Virus record (IMG/VR): IMGVR_UViG_3300039208_000521
Strand: one strand, 5' to 3'
Length of the DNA stretch: 64,000 nt
Source of the DNA: a virus
Shown: positions 36,591-46,907 of the stretch, piece by piece
Numbering within the stretch: the stretch's first letter is position 1
Layout of the letters: each line of letters begins with the position of its first letter
Position numbers and translations under genes: made by a program
Notes under the pieces: generated by a model
Database searches by the model: none
What the model was told of the DNA's origin: nothing
The model's input: only the letters and a program-made list of their open reading frames with translations

Positions 36591-37650
36591 AATTTATCTA
36601 TATGGGTATGACGTTAGTTATTCTTGAAAGCACGAATCAGTATTAAGTGTTTTCATACACTTAGTTTTTTAAAAAGGTTGTTCTGCGGCCGAAAAATTTT
36701 CACCCTGTCAATATATAAAATTTGGAAAAATGTCGAATTTTTTCCTTGACAGTCTACCGGCCCCTCTAAGGCCCTTCCCTGTAAACCGGCTTCCTATCCA
36801 CGGTGCCTGGTTACCGGTGTCCTATGGTCAGATACGGGCTTTCTAGGTACGGTTTCCGGTAACCAAGTCCATGCAACATGTATTTAGGGGGTTATATGTA
36901 CATAGTGTGTATTCCCACACTAGCAGTATCTAGGATATCGACCTAATTGTAAAGGATAATATTCAAGAATATAAGCCTAGATACTAATATCCTAAGTACC
37001 TGATTTATAAGGACACCTTCCTACAAAGTTCGATAACGTGCATTATGACAAATACCCTGTGACTATTTACCTATTCTGGCCAGTAAAAATATTGATATTC
37101 CTACATTTTTATTTTAGGAATATTGTCCAGGTGAAATTTCTCCTTGACACCTATTGCGCCAAGCGCCATACTGCTAGTGTGGGAATGCGTACCAATGGTT
37201 GCCGGGAACCGGTTACCGAATTAGGGCCCCAAGTTGCCTGTAGTAATGAATAATAATCCCTACCCCATTATTGGGGGGTCTATTTAGAATGTTCTATCCC
37301 CCCTGAAATAATACGCCCTATACGTAAATTAAGCATGGCTGGTTACTGATATATGGGGTGGGGTATACTATGGGTATAGTATGTATAATACATATATCAT
37401 TATACTAATGTATTATATGTATATTATGTTGAATATTATACTTGACATATGATAGGAGATGATAGGATAATGCATAGAGATAAAGGAGATGAATGATGTA
37501 AGTCGGTAACCCGCTATGGATAAGGTTATACCCACCTTCCAACTTTTAATTCACGGGTCCTAAATTAAATGAACGTCCGGGCTAGCCGCATAGAGAAAAT
37601 TTTCGGGGGAATCAGGATTCGAAAAATTTTCTACGCGCGTACACGATTGG
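36590..37650. other. AT-rich non-coding divergence point between leftward and rightward transcription
   Basis: No credible ORF; very AT-rich tract at 37381-37440; + strand TTGACA at 37144 and 37442; repeated GGTTACC/GGTAACC. Confidence 0.65.
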
Positions 37651-37658
37651 AGTTTTGA

Positions 37659-40258
37659 ATGTCTAAAACACAAATAAGCCTGAAACGGGCTAACGAACTC
37701 AGTTTGAAGATAATCGATCTTCTGGATTCTGAAGACTCGGATCAGGAAACTGGTTTCTACGCTCTTTGCCTTACGAGCATCATCGTAGGTCGAGTGATCA
37801 ACGGTGACGATGATCCTAGGGCCAAGCCTTCGGAGATCCAAGCTGTCATTAACCTCGTCCAGCAACCGGAAATTTCCTGATGAAAGACATCCCCAACGCA
37901 GAAGCCGTAGCCAAGAGCATCGCTGACATCTCCCTTACTCGGGGTTGGTTGATCGATCTCCTGAACGCTTTGAGCATTGAGTTGTTAGATCAGGACATGT
38001 CGACCCGGATAAATTTCGTGAATGCCGTGAAGTCGGAGCTCACTGAAGAAACAAAAGGGTTCTTATGGGTTCTGGGGCAGAGAGACTAATGGGCATACCT
38101 CCTCAATGGAAAGTCGTCGTCAAAGGTGGGCCAAATCGAAGGGGCTGGGAAATTTCCGTGGTCAAGCTGACTAACACTCACGGTCAACGGTCCTACGGTT
38201 GGTTTGGCGATGAAAAGATCATGATCGGTTCGTCCGGCGGTCCTTGTGACGACATGGTCTCCGAGTTCGTTTGGAATAAGCTCGTAGGGCTAGCTGAAGA
38301 GGTATCGGACAGAATGAATTGGGGTCAGCAAGACTGCATACCGAGGAAAGATTGATGGAAATCCCTGAAGGTTATGAATTCTCTGTCTGGGTCAAGAACG
38401 AGGCAGCCCTTGAATTGACGTGCTGGGCCGAAATACAGGCAGCCGAGCACAATGAAGCCGGCTTCCGGCTAGGGACTGTCGGCAACCCAAACCTTGTGTT
38501 CATCGGACAACCAGCCGGTTTGATCATCACCACGCTAGGGGAGCCGGACGTTTCGTTCTTCTTTCCTTGGTCATCAATCCACCACACCAAGATGTGGGAA
38601 GCCGGAAACAATGACTAACCTCAAATGCCCACTAGGTTCCTGCGAGCCAAACACCCGCTTCCGAATTAAGGACGACAGCACCGGAGACATTTTCACCGTC
38701 TGCCGGTTCAACGGCCCCATTGCGCACCTTATCGACAGCCGATGGATCCCGGTCCTCGATGTCGAGAAAGGCGAAGTGCAAATCCTAATGAGTTCAACAA
38801 TCGTCATTGTTGAGGAATAGGATGCCCGACTAATGGACAACTTAAAGTTAAGTTTCTTAACTCCATTTCGCCTTCGTATTATGTGGTATCTCGATCAAAA
38901 AGGACCTACGCATCGAGGACTAATTGCGCAAGATTTATCTCCTCCTGATTCAAGCATGGCGCGGGGTTGTTACGCTAAAGGGAACGGGGCTCGTTTAGTC
39001 GGGGCGTGGACGGCTCCTCTGGTTAAACACGGTCTTATTAAAGTGATTGAGGACGGTAACGGTTTTTACCGTGAACACGCTTTGACGGACAAAGGACGTA
39101 AAATTCTTAGGGGTCTGTGTGACTAATGGGCAACCAATTAACGATTGAAAGCCTCCAAGTCCTGGAAGCCATATACGAGCATCAGAAACGCAGGCTGGAA
39201 CGCCGATGACTAAATCCATCTCTTTGTCCGAGGGCTTGCCGGTGAAAGGGAAAGATCATGAGTGACGACGTTAAAATGGTCGACGCGCTGACGATTAGCG
39301 AGGATGAGGCAAAACGCCGCTTTGGCGTCAAAATGAATGCTTTCATGAAAGACGTTGCCAAGGCCCAAAAGAAACACAAAATCGAGGCTTTTGCTCTTTG
39401 GATGTACCACAACGGCGTTATGCGTCAGTGCAGTATGGGCACCGATGAGATAGGCCGTTGGATTGCCTCTCAGGTCGCCTTGATGATGGCGGACCAGACT
39501 CAGGCCATCCTGGAAGATGCCGTCCGTAAGGTGCGAGGGAAGAAGCCGCAGTGACCAAGAAACATAAGCTAGAAAGCCCATGACCGATCTGACCATAACT
39601 CGCGAAGCGACCGGCTTCCGAGTCACATCCTCCATTACCCTCTTCGTCAAACCCAATCTGCCGGAAACCATCTACGTGCAAAAGGACGGCATTGACACAA
39701 TCGATCGTTTCAGCCGGTCGGAGCTGGAACTGTTTTTGGATAGGACCAAGCGATGATGCTTTATCAGATGTCGCCCGCAAATGTCGCCAAATCAATTTCC
39801 GACGACAGTGCCAATCGAGCCTGGTTCGCCGAGGTCTTGGTGTTCTGTGAGAAAGAATTCCGGGAGAAGGAAAAATCCCTTCGAGAAGCTGAACTCGCCC
39901 AAATCAACGGCTGGCTGACCCCTGCAACACGGGATTTCTTGAACTTTCTCATCAGCCGAGAAACCAAATGATTGATCTTCTATTCGCCAAACACAGTACA
40001 ATCCCGCCAGACACCACTTTCGGGCTCTCGGAAACCGAGCTCAGAACAAAACTAGCCGAATTGGCCGACGAAGGCTTTTTCCGGGTTTTGGTGTGTAGGT
40101 GGGGTGTTCAACTCGCAGTGCAGCATCAAGGCCGTTACGGCACCCTGGATTTAGCAGACGAGATTTTAGACAACGCCGAAAACCCGAACGACTTTGTCCT
40201 TTTGAATTTTGAGTACCTCATCAAGAAATACATCAACCCGGAAACGAGACAAAAATGA
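37659..40258 (+). other. run of small rightward early genes of unknown function
   Basis: Coupled ORFs 37659-37880, 37880-38089, 38065-38355, 38355-38618, 38611-38820, 38833-39126 (wHTH-like), 39258-39554, 39580-39756, 39753-39971, 39968-40258. Confidence 0.65.
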
Positions 40259-40581
40259 CCGACAGCCGAGCATATTCGGAAGTTAACCCAGTTGTCGGAA
40301 GGACAATCAAGGCAAATCTTGCAACGCTCAAGATGTCGTTGACCGCCATAGCCCATCATTTAGGTACAAGTCCTTCAAATCTTAGGTATGTATTAGACGG
40401 CGACCGGTGTCTGAGTCCTGAATTAGCTGCGAGATTGCATTGGAAGTTTGATTTGGACACACAACAACTTTTGATCGATCAAGTTTTATTTTCTTACAAG
40501 AGAGCCTTAACTAAGGCGCCGAAAAATATTGGCGGTAAATGGGACAGACGAAAAGAGAAAAAAGGATACTTTGACAGATGA
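40255..40581 (+). CDS. XRE/HigA-like helix-turn-helix regulator
   Basis: MSLTAIAHHLGTSPSNLRYVLDGDRCLSPELAARL. Confidence 0.75.
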   Translation: MTDSRAYSEVNPVVGRTIKANLATLKMSLTAIAHHLGTSPSNLRYVLDGDRCLSPELAARLHWKFDLDTQQLLIDQVLFSYKRALTKAPKNIGGKWDRRKEKKGYFDR

Positions 40582-41120
40582 CCAAACCGCAAATCCCCTC
40601 GCTCTATGACTTCGTCCGGGATAATTGGCACCGGGTCTCCAATGAGACGTTTTCCGAAGACCGAGGCTCCTACGCCCTTTGCTCGGAAATCAGTCGCGCC
40701 CTAGCCGAACCCAACCCAGCCGGGTATTTCCGCCATAGGCGCTGCGGTAAGACCATCATCGGCTCTGTTCTCCTTCCGATTTGGGTTTGGATGAGGGATC
40801 CGGCAGCCGATATTCTGATCGTCCAGCCGGATAAATATTGGCGGAATATCCGCACTCGAACTTTCATCAGGGTCGCCCGTGAAATGGGCATCCCGGTTTC
40901 CGGCGTCCTACTCTCATCCCAAGAGAACCCCTTGGGCGGTAGCCGAGTAACCACGGATCCTTATGTGTTCTTGGGCTATGAAGCCGATGTGCTGGTCTTC
41001 GATGACGCTTTTATCAGAACCGGCGACAGTCCGATGACCCGTGCCGCCGCTCGCGAGGCGCGAGAGCATTGGCCTTGCAAGCTAAAGCCGAATGGAACCC
41101 TGATCGAGTTGGTGAGCTGA
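40578..41120 (+). CDS. truncated terminase-like ATPase domain
   Basis: RRCGKT Walker A, ADVLVFDD Walker B, colinear with the N-terminal 210 aa of TerL; no nuclease domain. Confidence 0.65.
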   Translation: MTKPQIPSLYDFVRDNWHRVSNETFSEDRGSYALCSEISRALAEPNPAGYFRHRRCGKTIIGSVLLPIWVWMRDPAADILIVQPDKYWRNIRTRTFIRVAREMGIPVSGVLLSSQENPLGGSRVTTDPYVFLGYEADVLVFDDAFIRTGDSPMTRAAAREAREHWPCKLKPNGTLIELVS

Positions 41121-41136
41121 CGCCGGAGCATAGGCG

Positions 41137-41421
41137 ATGACAGAATTCGACGAAACCTGCTACATCGCGGTCAAAGCCCTGGAGCCCCATGCTTATGGCG
41201 TCCCGATTGTGGGGTTCCTGCAAGCTTCTCTCGGAAGAGAGCCGAACATAGGCTTGATGTACGCCGCCTTGGATCGTTTGGAGAAAGGGGGCTACCTGAC
41301 GTCCGAGCTCAAAGACCGCGGCGACCCAAAACGAAGCGGCGAGCCTTGTCGGTATTTCCAGACCACGGGAAAGCATCTGCCGGAAAGGAGGGCATCTTTT
41401 GTCAAGCATGCTTGGGCATAA
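41137..41421 (+). CDS. PadR-family winged-helix regulator
   Basis: AYGVPI...IGLMYAALDRLEKGGYLTS...RYFQTT. Confidence 0.8.
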   Translation: MTEFDETCYIAVKALEPHAYGVPIVGFLQASLGREPNIGLMYAALDRLEKGGYLTSELKDRGDPKRSGEPCRYFQTTGKHLPERRASFVKHAWA

Positions 41422-41743
41422 TGGCGGGCCGTCCATGTTGGACACCTATCCGTCCGACGCCAAGCTCCTTCAATATAAAAGTCCGGGGCAAGCCTTCGAT
41501 GCGTATAGCCGACCCAAAGACGGTGAGACCTTCATCAACCGCAAAACGCGTGATCACATCAACGATCATATGGAGCGGCGGGGGCTTTCTAATACGGCTT
41601 GGGAAGGTGGCTATGACGACATACCCTCAGACGGCCATACGATCACAGCTGAAAGTTGGGACTTGCCGGATAAGGCGGAACGGGACAGACTTAAACAGAA
41701 GATGATAGAAGAGAATAGCATGTTGGAGGATCAGACACCGTGA
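41399..41743 (+). CDS. acidic SML-motif protein
   Basis: Three SML copies. Confidence 0.6.
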   Translation: MSSMLGHNGGPSMLDTYPSDAKLLQYKSPGQAFDAYSRPKDGETFINRKTRDHINDHMERRGLSNTAWEGGYDDIPSDGHTITAESWDLPDKAERDRLKQKMIEENSMLEDQTP

Positions 41744-41940
41744 CACCTGATAACCAGGAAACAGCCTCGAATTCCATGCTGGACGAGAAGATTGGTTCCT
41801 CGATGCTGGATGTGGCGTCCGAGGAGCAAAGAGAGCAAATGCTCCAAGAAGCCCGGAACACGATCGAGGATGATCGACGGAATGCCGACTATGGCGGGCC
41901 GAAGTTCGTGAACCCCTTTATCGAGCACATGAAATCGTGA
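41740..41940 (+). CDS. acidic SML-motif protein
   Basis: Two SML copies plus QML; GTG start coupled to the upstream gene. Confidence 0.6.
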   Translation: MTPDNQETASNSMLDEKIGSSMLDVASEEQREQMLQEARNTIEDDRRNADYGGPKFVNPFIEHMKS

Positions 41941-42104
41941 GCGACGATATTTATATCATTGACGACCCTTATGAGGAGCCCGAAAACCCCTTCCCGCCGG
42001 ATTCCAAACTCGGGAAGATCTACCGCCGTGAAGCCGACCGCGAGATCAAGGAAACCGTTCTTCGGTGGTTTCGGAAAATGCTGCCCGAAAGGTTTTCGAA
42101 ATGA
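41937..42104 (+). CDS. 55-aa protein resembling the terminase Walker B segment
   Basis: Hand-translated MSDDIYIIDDPYEE...ETVLRWFRKMLPERFSK; GTGA/ATGA overlaps on both sides. Confidence 0.55.
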   Translation: MSDDIYIIDDPYEEPENPFPPDSKLGKIYRREADREIKETVLRWFRKMLPERFSK

Positions 42105-42481
42105 GCATGCTCTCCGAAGGTCCCTCGGGTGTTTTCAAGAATTTTGTCTATGAGAATTTTACCGGTGACATGGATCACCCCGACTATTGGAAGAATCACC
42201 CGTCTGATCAAAAACGCGCCCTTGTCTCCAAGATGAATGACGCGCACTCAGACCCGGTCGACGCAGCCGAGGGCGGGCTCACGGAAAGCATGCTTGCCGG
42301 TCAAGATCCTGATGATCCACGCTGGAAGAAGATGCGCGAGCTCTCACAAGACTACCGGAAAATTCCTGTACGCGCGCGTAACGACTTTGAGACCGAAGAA
42401 GAATGGGAAGCCCACAACCAAGCAAAGGATGCCGATATCGATCAAGCCGATAAAAAGGCCTATGCCAAGGCGTTTGGCTAG
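42101..42481 (+). CDS. acidic SML-motif protein
   Basis: Starts MSMLSE; TESMLA internally. Confidence 0.6.
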   Translation: MSMLSEGPSGVFKNFVYENFTGDMDHPDYWKNHPSDQKRALVSKMNDAHSDPVDAAEGGLTESMLAGQDPDDPRWKKMRELSQDYRKIPVRARNDFETEEEWEAHNQAKDADIDQADKKAYAKAFG

Positions 42482-42520
42482 AAATTTATCCTTGACAGCT
42501 TTCCTATTCTCTCCTATACC
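42481..42520 (+). promoter_or_regulatory. phage promoter
   Basis: GAAATTTATCC-TTGACA-N17-TATACC with CCTAT-N5-CCTAT; ACACGGAGAGACAGAT-ATG leader at 42596. Confidence 0.75.
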
Positions 42521-42595
42521 AAAGACATAAGCGGTTGTTTCCGAGGCACCGGTGTCCTGGAAACAACCGCTAAAAACAAACACGGAGAGACAGAT

Positions 42596-45388
42596 ATGAC
42601 GCCGACATGGTTCTTCATGATTTTTGCTGTTCTGCATTTTAGTGGTGACCAAGCCCACGGTTATGCAGTTGTGCCGACGATGGATCGCTGCGCCGAGAAG
42701 GGATTTGAAATTCAACTAGGCCTCGCCAAGCAAGGGATAGCCATGAGGTTTAAATGCACGGTCACCGATCCCCGGAAGCCGGTCATCGTTGTCCTGCCAA
42801 TCCAGCCGAAGGGAAAAGCGATATGAGCGCACGTATCACAGTTTATGCAGAGCTTAACGCCAACGACGTTGCTTCGGCATTCGAAGATCTTGATTTTGAT
42901 GATCAACTAGAAGTTCTTAAGCGCATCGGTCAGCATTTCAAAACACTCGATCATATTGAAGAAGTCGTTTGGCATGCGGCAGCCGACGACTTTGTTCCGA
43001 TCGAGGGTCTGTATGCCATCGCTAAAGAGTTGAAAGCGAAAGTCGACAGAGATCGGGAACAAGAGATATGAAACGCTTTCAAGTTCAAACCAAGGGCCGG
43101 GATGTCATCTGGCATGATGTCATCGGCAAGGCCTTTAAGGACGCAACAGCCGAGCAACGGGCGATTTTGTTGAATTGCCTCGTGAATTTTGCGGGGGTGA
43201 CGAATCCGAACCCCGCTTCACTCGCCAATTCCATTCAGCCTTATCTCAATGACAACGTGATTGAGTTGATGCGCGAAATCGTCAGGAGCAGAGACGAGAT
43301 ATGACTAAGAAATACTGGCTAAAAAGCCCGGAAAGAGAAGGTGTTGTGATGACCGAAACGGCAACATATGGCGTCATCGCCCGAGGAATGAGCTTTGTTC
43401 CTTTTGACCCTCCTCACTTCACGGATTCTCCTCACGTCAACCGGATGAGTTGGGGGATTTCCAGGTTTCAAATTACCTAAGAAGGTGCCCCTATTCCGAG
43501 CCACAGGATCGGGCAGCCGGTAAAAATGTTGATCGGTTGCAGGGCCTATTCGGCCGTGATCATGGAGATCCAGACGGAATGTTCTTGGTCGCATGCCGAG
43601 GTGATCGGGGAATTCGGTCATCGGTATATTCAAGGCGAGAGATCGACACAAATCGAAGTCTTGATCCTGGAAAAGGATTGGCCGAGCGACAGTTACGCCG
43701 ACATTGAATTCAAGTGGGAAAACAAAGATGTCTGAAGCCAGAGCGGGCGATTGGGTTCCTGGAAGCCGGTTACAAGGCATTCAACACACCGGGCGCTACC
43801 AACCCCCATGAACCGGGTTCGGACTTAGCTGAAGCTTGGGAACAAGGGCTGCGTTACGCGCTACAAGATCACGACGCCCGACAGACCTTTAATCCTTTGG
43901 GATAATCTTCGATGGCAAAGCATGACGGACAACAGATTCAACAAGCGATCAACATTCGCCAGTCTTTGAAGGCCCAAGCACGATATGCGGGAGGAAGAGG
44001 CGAAGAAGTCCATATAACGACAGAACTCTTTGAGAACGGTCTCCGAGCTCTAGCCGCCTTGGAAAGTGTCGGTCGAACCCTAGAAAGCCTTGATGCTGAG
44101 GTTCGAGACCTAAAAGGCCAGGTCAAAGGATACAAGGACGCGATTTCGTCAATGCGCCTGAATGTACATGCCGAACAGGTTAACGTGACCAAGGTCATTC
44201 ACGTCGACGATGAAGAGGACTATGGCATATGACCCTAATTGAGTTCCTCCAAACCCTTCCAGCCGAGTGGCCGGTTTATGTGGCGCTTCTTTGCGCCGTT
44301 GCGATCGTCACCTCGGTCTCGGTGTTCATCATCCGAGTTTGGGTGACCCACTCCCCAAAGCTCCGGGAACTAATCCGAGAAGAACAGATCGAAGTGCTTG
44401 GTGATGAGGGGCATCGAAGGAAATGAATGATTTCAAAAATTGGTATAGGCGTATGCCGAAGCCACATCATTACGAATACATGCTCAAGCACAGTCTGTCA
44501 TTTCGTATCATTATGATCTCTATTTTTGTTCTGGGGTTTGTCCTCGGTTACCTTACTAAAATGGGTTTGTCCTCATGACCATAAAGCCGGAAGACCTAAA
44601 AAAGCATCATCTGGATAATATAATTGTTCGTCACGCCAATAAGTTGGGAAATCCTCGCTCCTGGGATCAGTATGACGAAGATTTCAATACACTGCTGAAA
44701 TTCGCCCGAAAAGTGGTCGTCAATATCGGTTTGGACATAAGTGCGTCTACGACGACATATTTTGAAGCTAATGAGCCGGAATCCGGCCTTCCTGATCTGG
44801 ATGAGCTGGCCTCATGTTTCGAGCTCCAAATCGGCCAAGCCCTGGACGTGGTTGTTGGCTACTACGTCCCAGCCGAAACCTACATCAAAGTCGCGACGAT
44901 CGACGACGGTCTTTGTCCTGAATGCTTTGGTATGGGGGATATTGAGGGGGAAGAGTGCCCTCGTTGTGTTGATGCGGGTGAGGCTCAGATGTGGAAAGAG
45001 AGCGATTTCAAAAAAGTCTGTAAGGACATGGGCTATGAGCCAAAAACCGGTGATCGAGCTTCTTAAGGGTAACAGTTTGGGTCTGGACCTTAGAAAAGAG
45101 CTTCGAGAAATCGAGAGAGAAATTTATGAGGCATTTTTCGTGCCCAGGAGATTATTGATGCCAAGAACCGTTGTTATCAGAACTTGCATTCTCGCCAACA
45201 CCGCCCCCGGAGAGCGCGTCCGGTTCCCGGCGACCAATGTCGTACTGCGCCGTTGCCAGGATCCCTTGCTCAGCATTGTCCCCCTTAACCCGGACTATCC
45301 TTACTCCATTCCCTGTGTGGACGAGAATGATTGGAAGATCACGCTCGTTAAAGAAACCGCTCAAGTCGAGGTGATTGAAGAACAATGA
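42596..45388 (+). other. run of small early/middle genes of unknown function
   Basis: Coupled ORFs including 42596-42826, 42823-43071, 43068-43304, 43526-43735, 43912-44232, 44229-44426, 44575-45066. Confidence 0.6.
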
Positions 45389-45957
45389 AAACCTGTCCCT
45401 TTTGCGATTCAGATAATCTCCATTGGGCTGATGAGGTGTTGCCCGATCTTCATCGACTTCCTCCGTCAGTCGAAAAAGGGACGGAACGACGGTTTGCTAT
45501 GTATTGTCTTGAGTGCGGCGCCCGAGGACCGGTTGTTGATATCGGGGACGATAGTGGTCAAGGCGGCAACGCCAACCCCATACGCCGAGCCAAAGAACTT
45601 TGGAACAAGCGGCCGAAACTGATCCCGATTGTCGACCAAGAACATGGAACCTTGTTTGGCTATCTGCCGGAAAAGATATTCGGCGGACAAGTTCAGCAAA
45701 ACATGACGCGTTTTTTGTTGCCTCTGTTTCCTCCCTTATCTGATTCAGTGTCGGAATTTCTTTCTTCCCGCGACCCTCACGCGGATCGATTTGACGTGAT
45801 CGAATGTATTTGGATTGAATCACGGACCGGCGGCTATAAACAACGCCCCGATGCCTATCGAGGCTTCAAAGTCGCGGTAAAAAATCCAGACGCTTTGTTC
45901 CGGTACCCGGATTTCAAGACTTGGACCGAAGTTCACGGAGAACCTCATGTTGGATAA
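45385..45957 (+). CDS. Lar (restriction alleviation)-like zinc-finger protein with C-terminal extension
   Basis: KTCPFCDS...YCLECGARGP...AKELWNKRP. Confidence 0.65.
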   Translation: MKTCPFCDSDNLHWADEVLPDLHRLPPSVEKGTERRFAMYCLECGARGPVVDIGDDSGQGGNANPIRRAKELWNKRPKLIPIVDQEHGTLFGYLPEKIFGGQVQQNMTRFLLPLFPPLSDSVSEFLSSRDPHADRFDVIECIWIESRTGGYKQRPDAYRGFKVAVKNPDALFRYPDFKTWTEVHGEPHVG

Positions 45958-46722
45958 TTCAGACATTCGACCAGCCGAGAAGTCGATCCGGCTTTTTAAG
46001 CACCTATCCGATGTTCTCGCGATGCATCGGCATCAAGCGCCGATGGCCCATCTCAGCCAAGAACAGCAAATTGCTATCCGGGAGACGGTCGGCGAATTCC
46101 TGTTGCTGATGCAAGCCAAGGAAGTGTTTGAGATCATGTCCGGTGCGAGCACCTTAGCCGAACATATTCACGAAATCTTGGACGAGGTTCCCGAGCCCAT
46201 TCCGCCGAGCAAGGATCATGTTGAACTCGTTATAGGTAAACGTGATGGCACCGAGACGGAAGGCTGAGACCTACGAGGGCAAGGTTCACCCGAGATGTGG
46301 GACGTCGACCCGGTATAAGGCCACAGGCCGTTGTGTTCGCTGCGAGCGTCTATCCGGCCGCATCAATAAGGCGAACCAAAGAAAGCGGGATCGAGGGGAG
46401 CCTGTCGATACAGGGTGTGCGTCCGGCGTAACGCGGATTGAAAAACCAAGCCGGAAGAAGTGGCCGGTTCACACGATTGAGCACGGTGAGCGGGTCTATG
46501 TCGACCCGATGGTGTATCTCGATTTAGCAGATGAGGGAAAATATGAGTGAGAGCAGTGACGGAGATGGTTTTGGTTGGGCCTGGTTGATCTGTGCCCTGA
46601 TCCTCTTGGCGTTGGTGTTCTTCCCTGTGGTCGATCAACCCTATCCCCTGACGCCGGACGAGCCAACCGGCACCGAGGATTATCTCCGGGATTATGATCT
46701 TCGTATGAAGGATATGGGATGA
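45947..46722 (+). other. three small genes (45947-46267, 46242-46550 Cys-rich, 46543-46722 membrane)
   Basis: Coupled ORFs. Confidence 0.5.
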
Positions 46723-46907
46723 AAAAGGGGCCTCGTTTCCGAGACCCTTAATGTGATGACCTCTCCCGGCGGAACCCAGAAGGGGTAGGCACGTCAACTG
46801 ACAATCACTAACACCTTAATAAACCCGAAAAATTTGTCAAACGTAGAAAATTATCCTTGACAAAATTTATCCTTTACACGACGATCGGAGCGAAAGGAGA
46901 AGACTGA

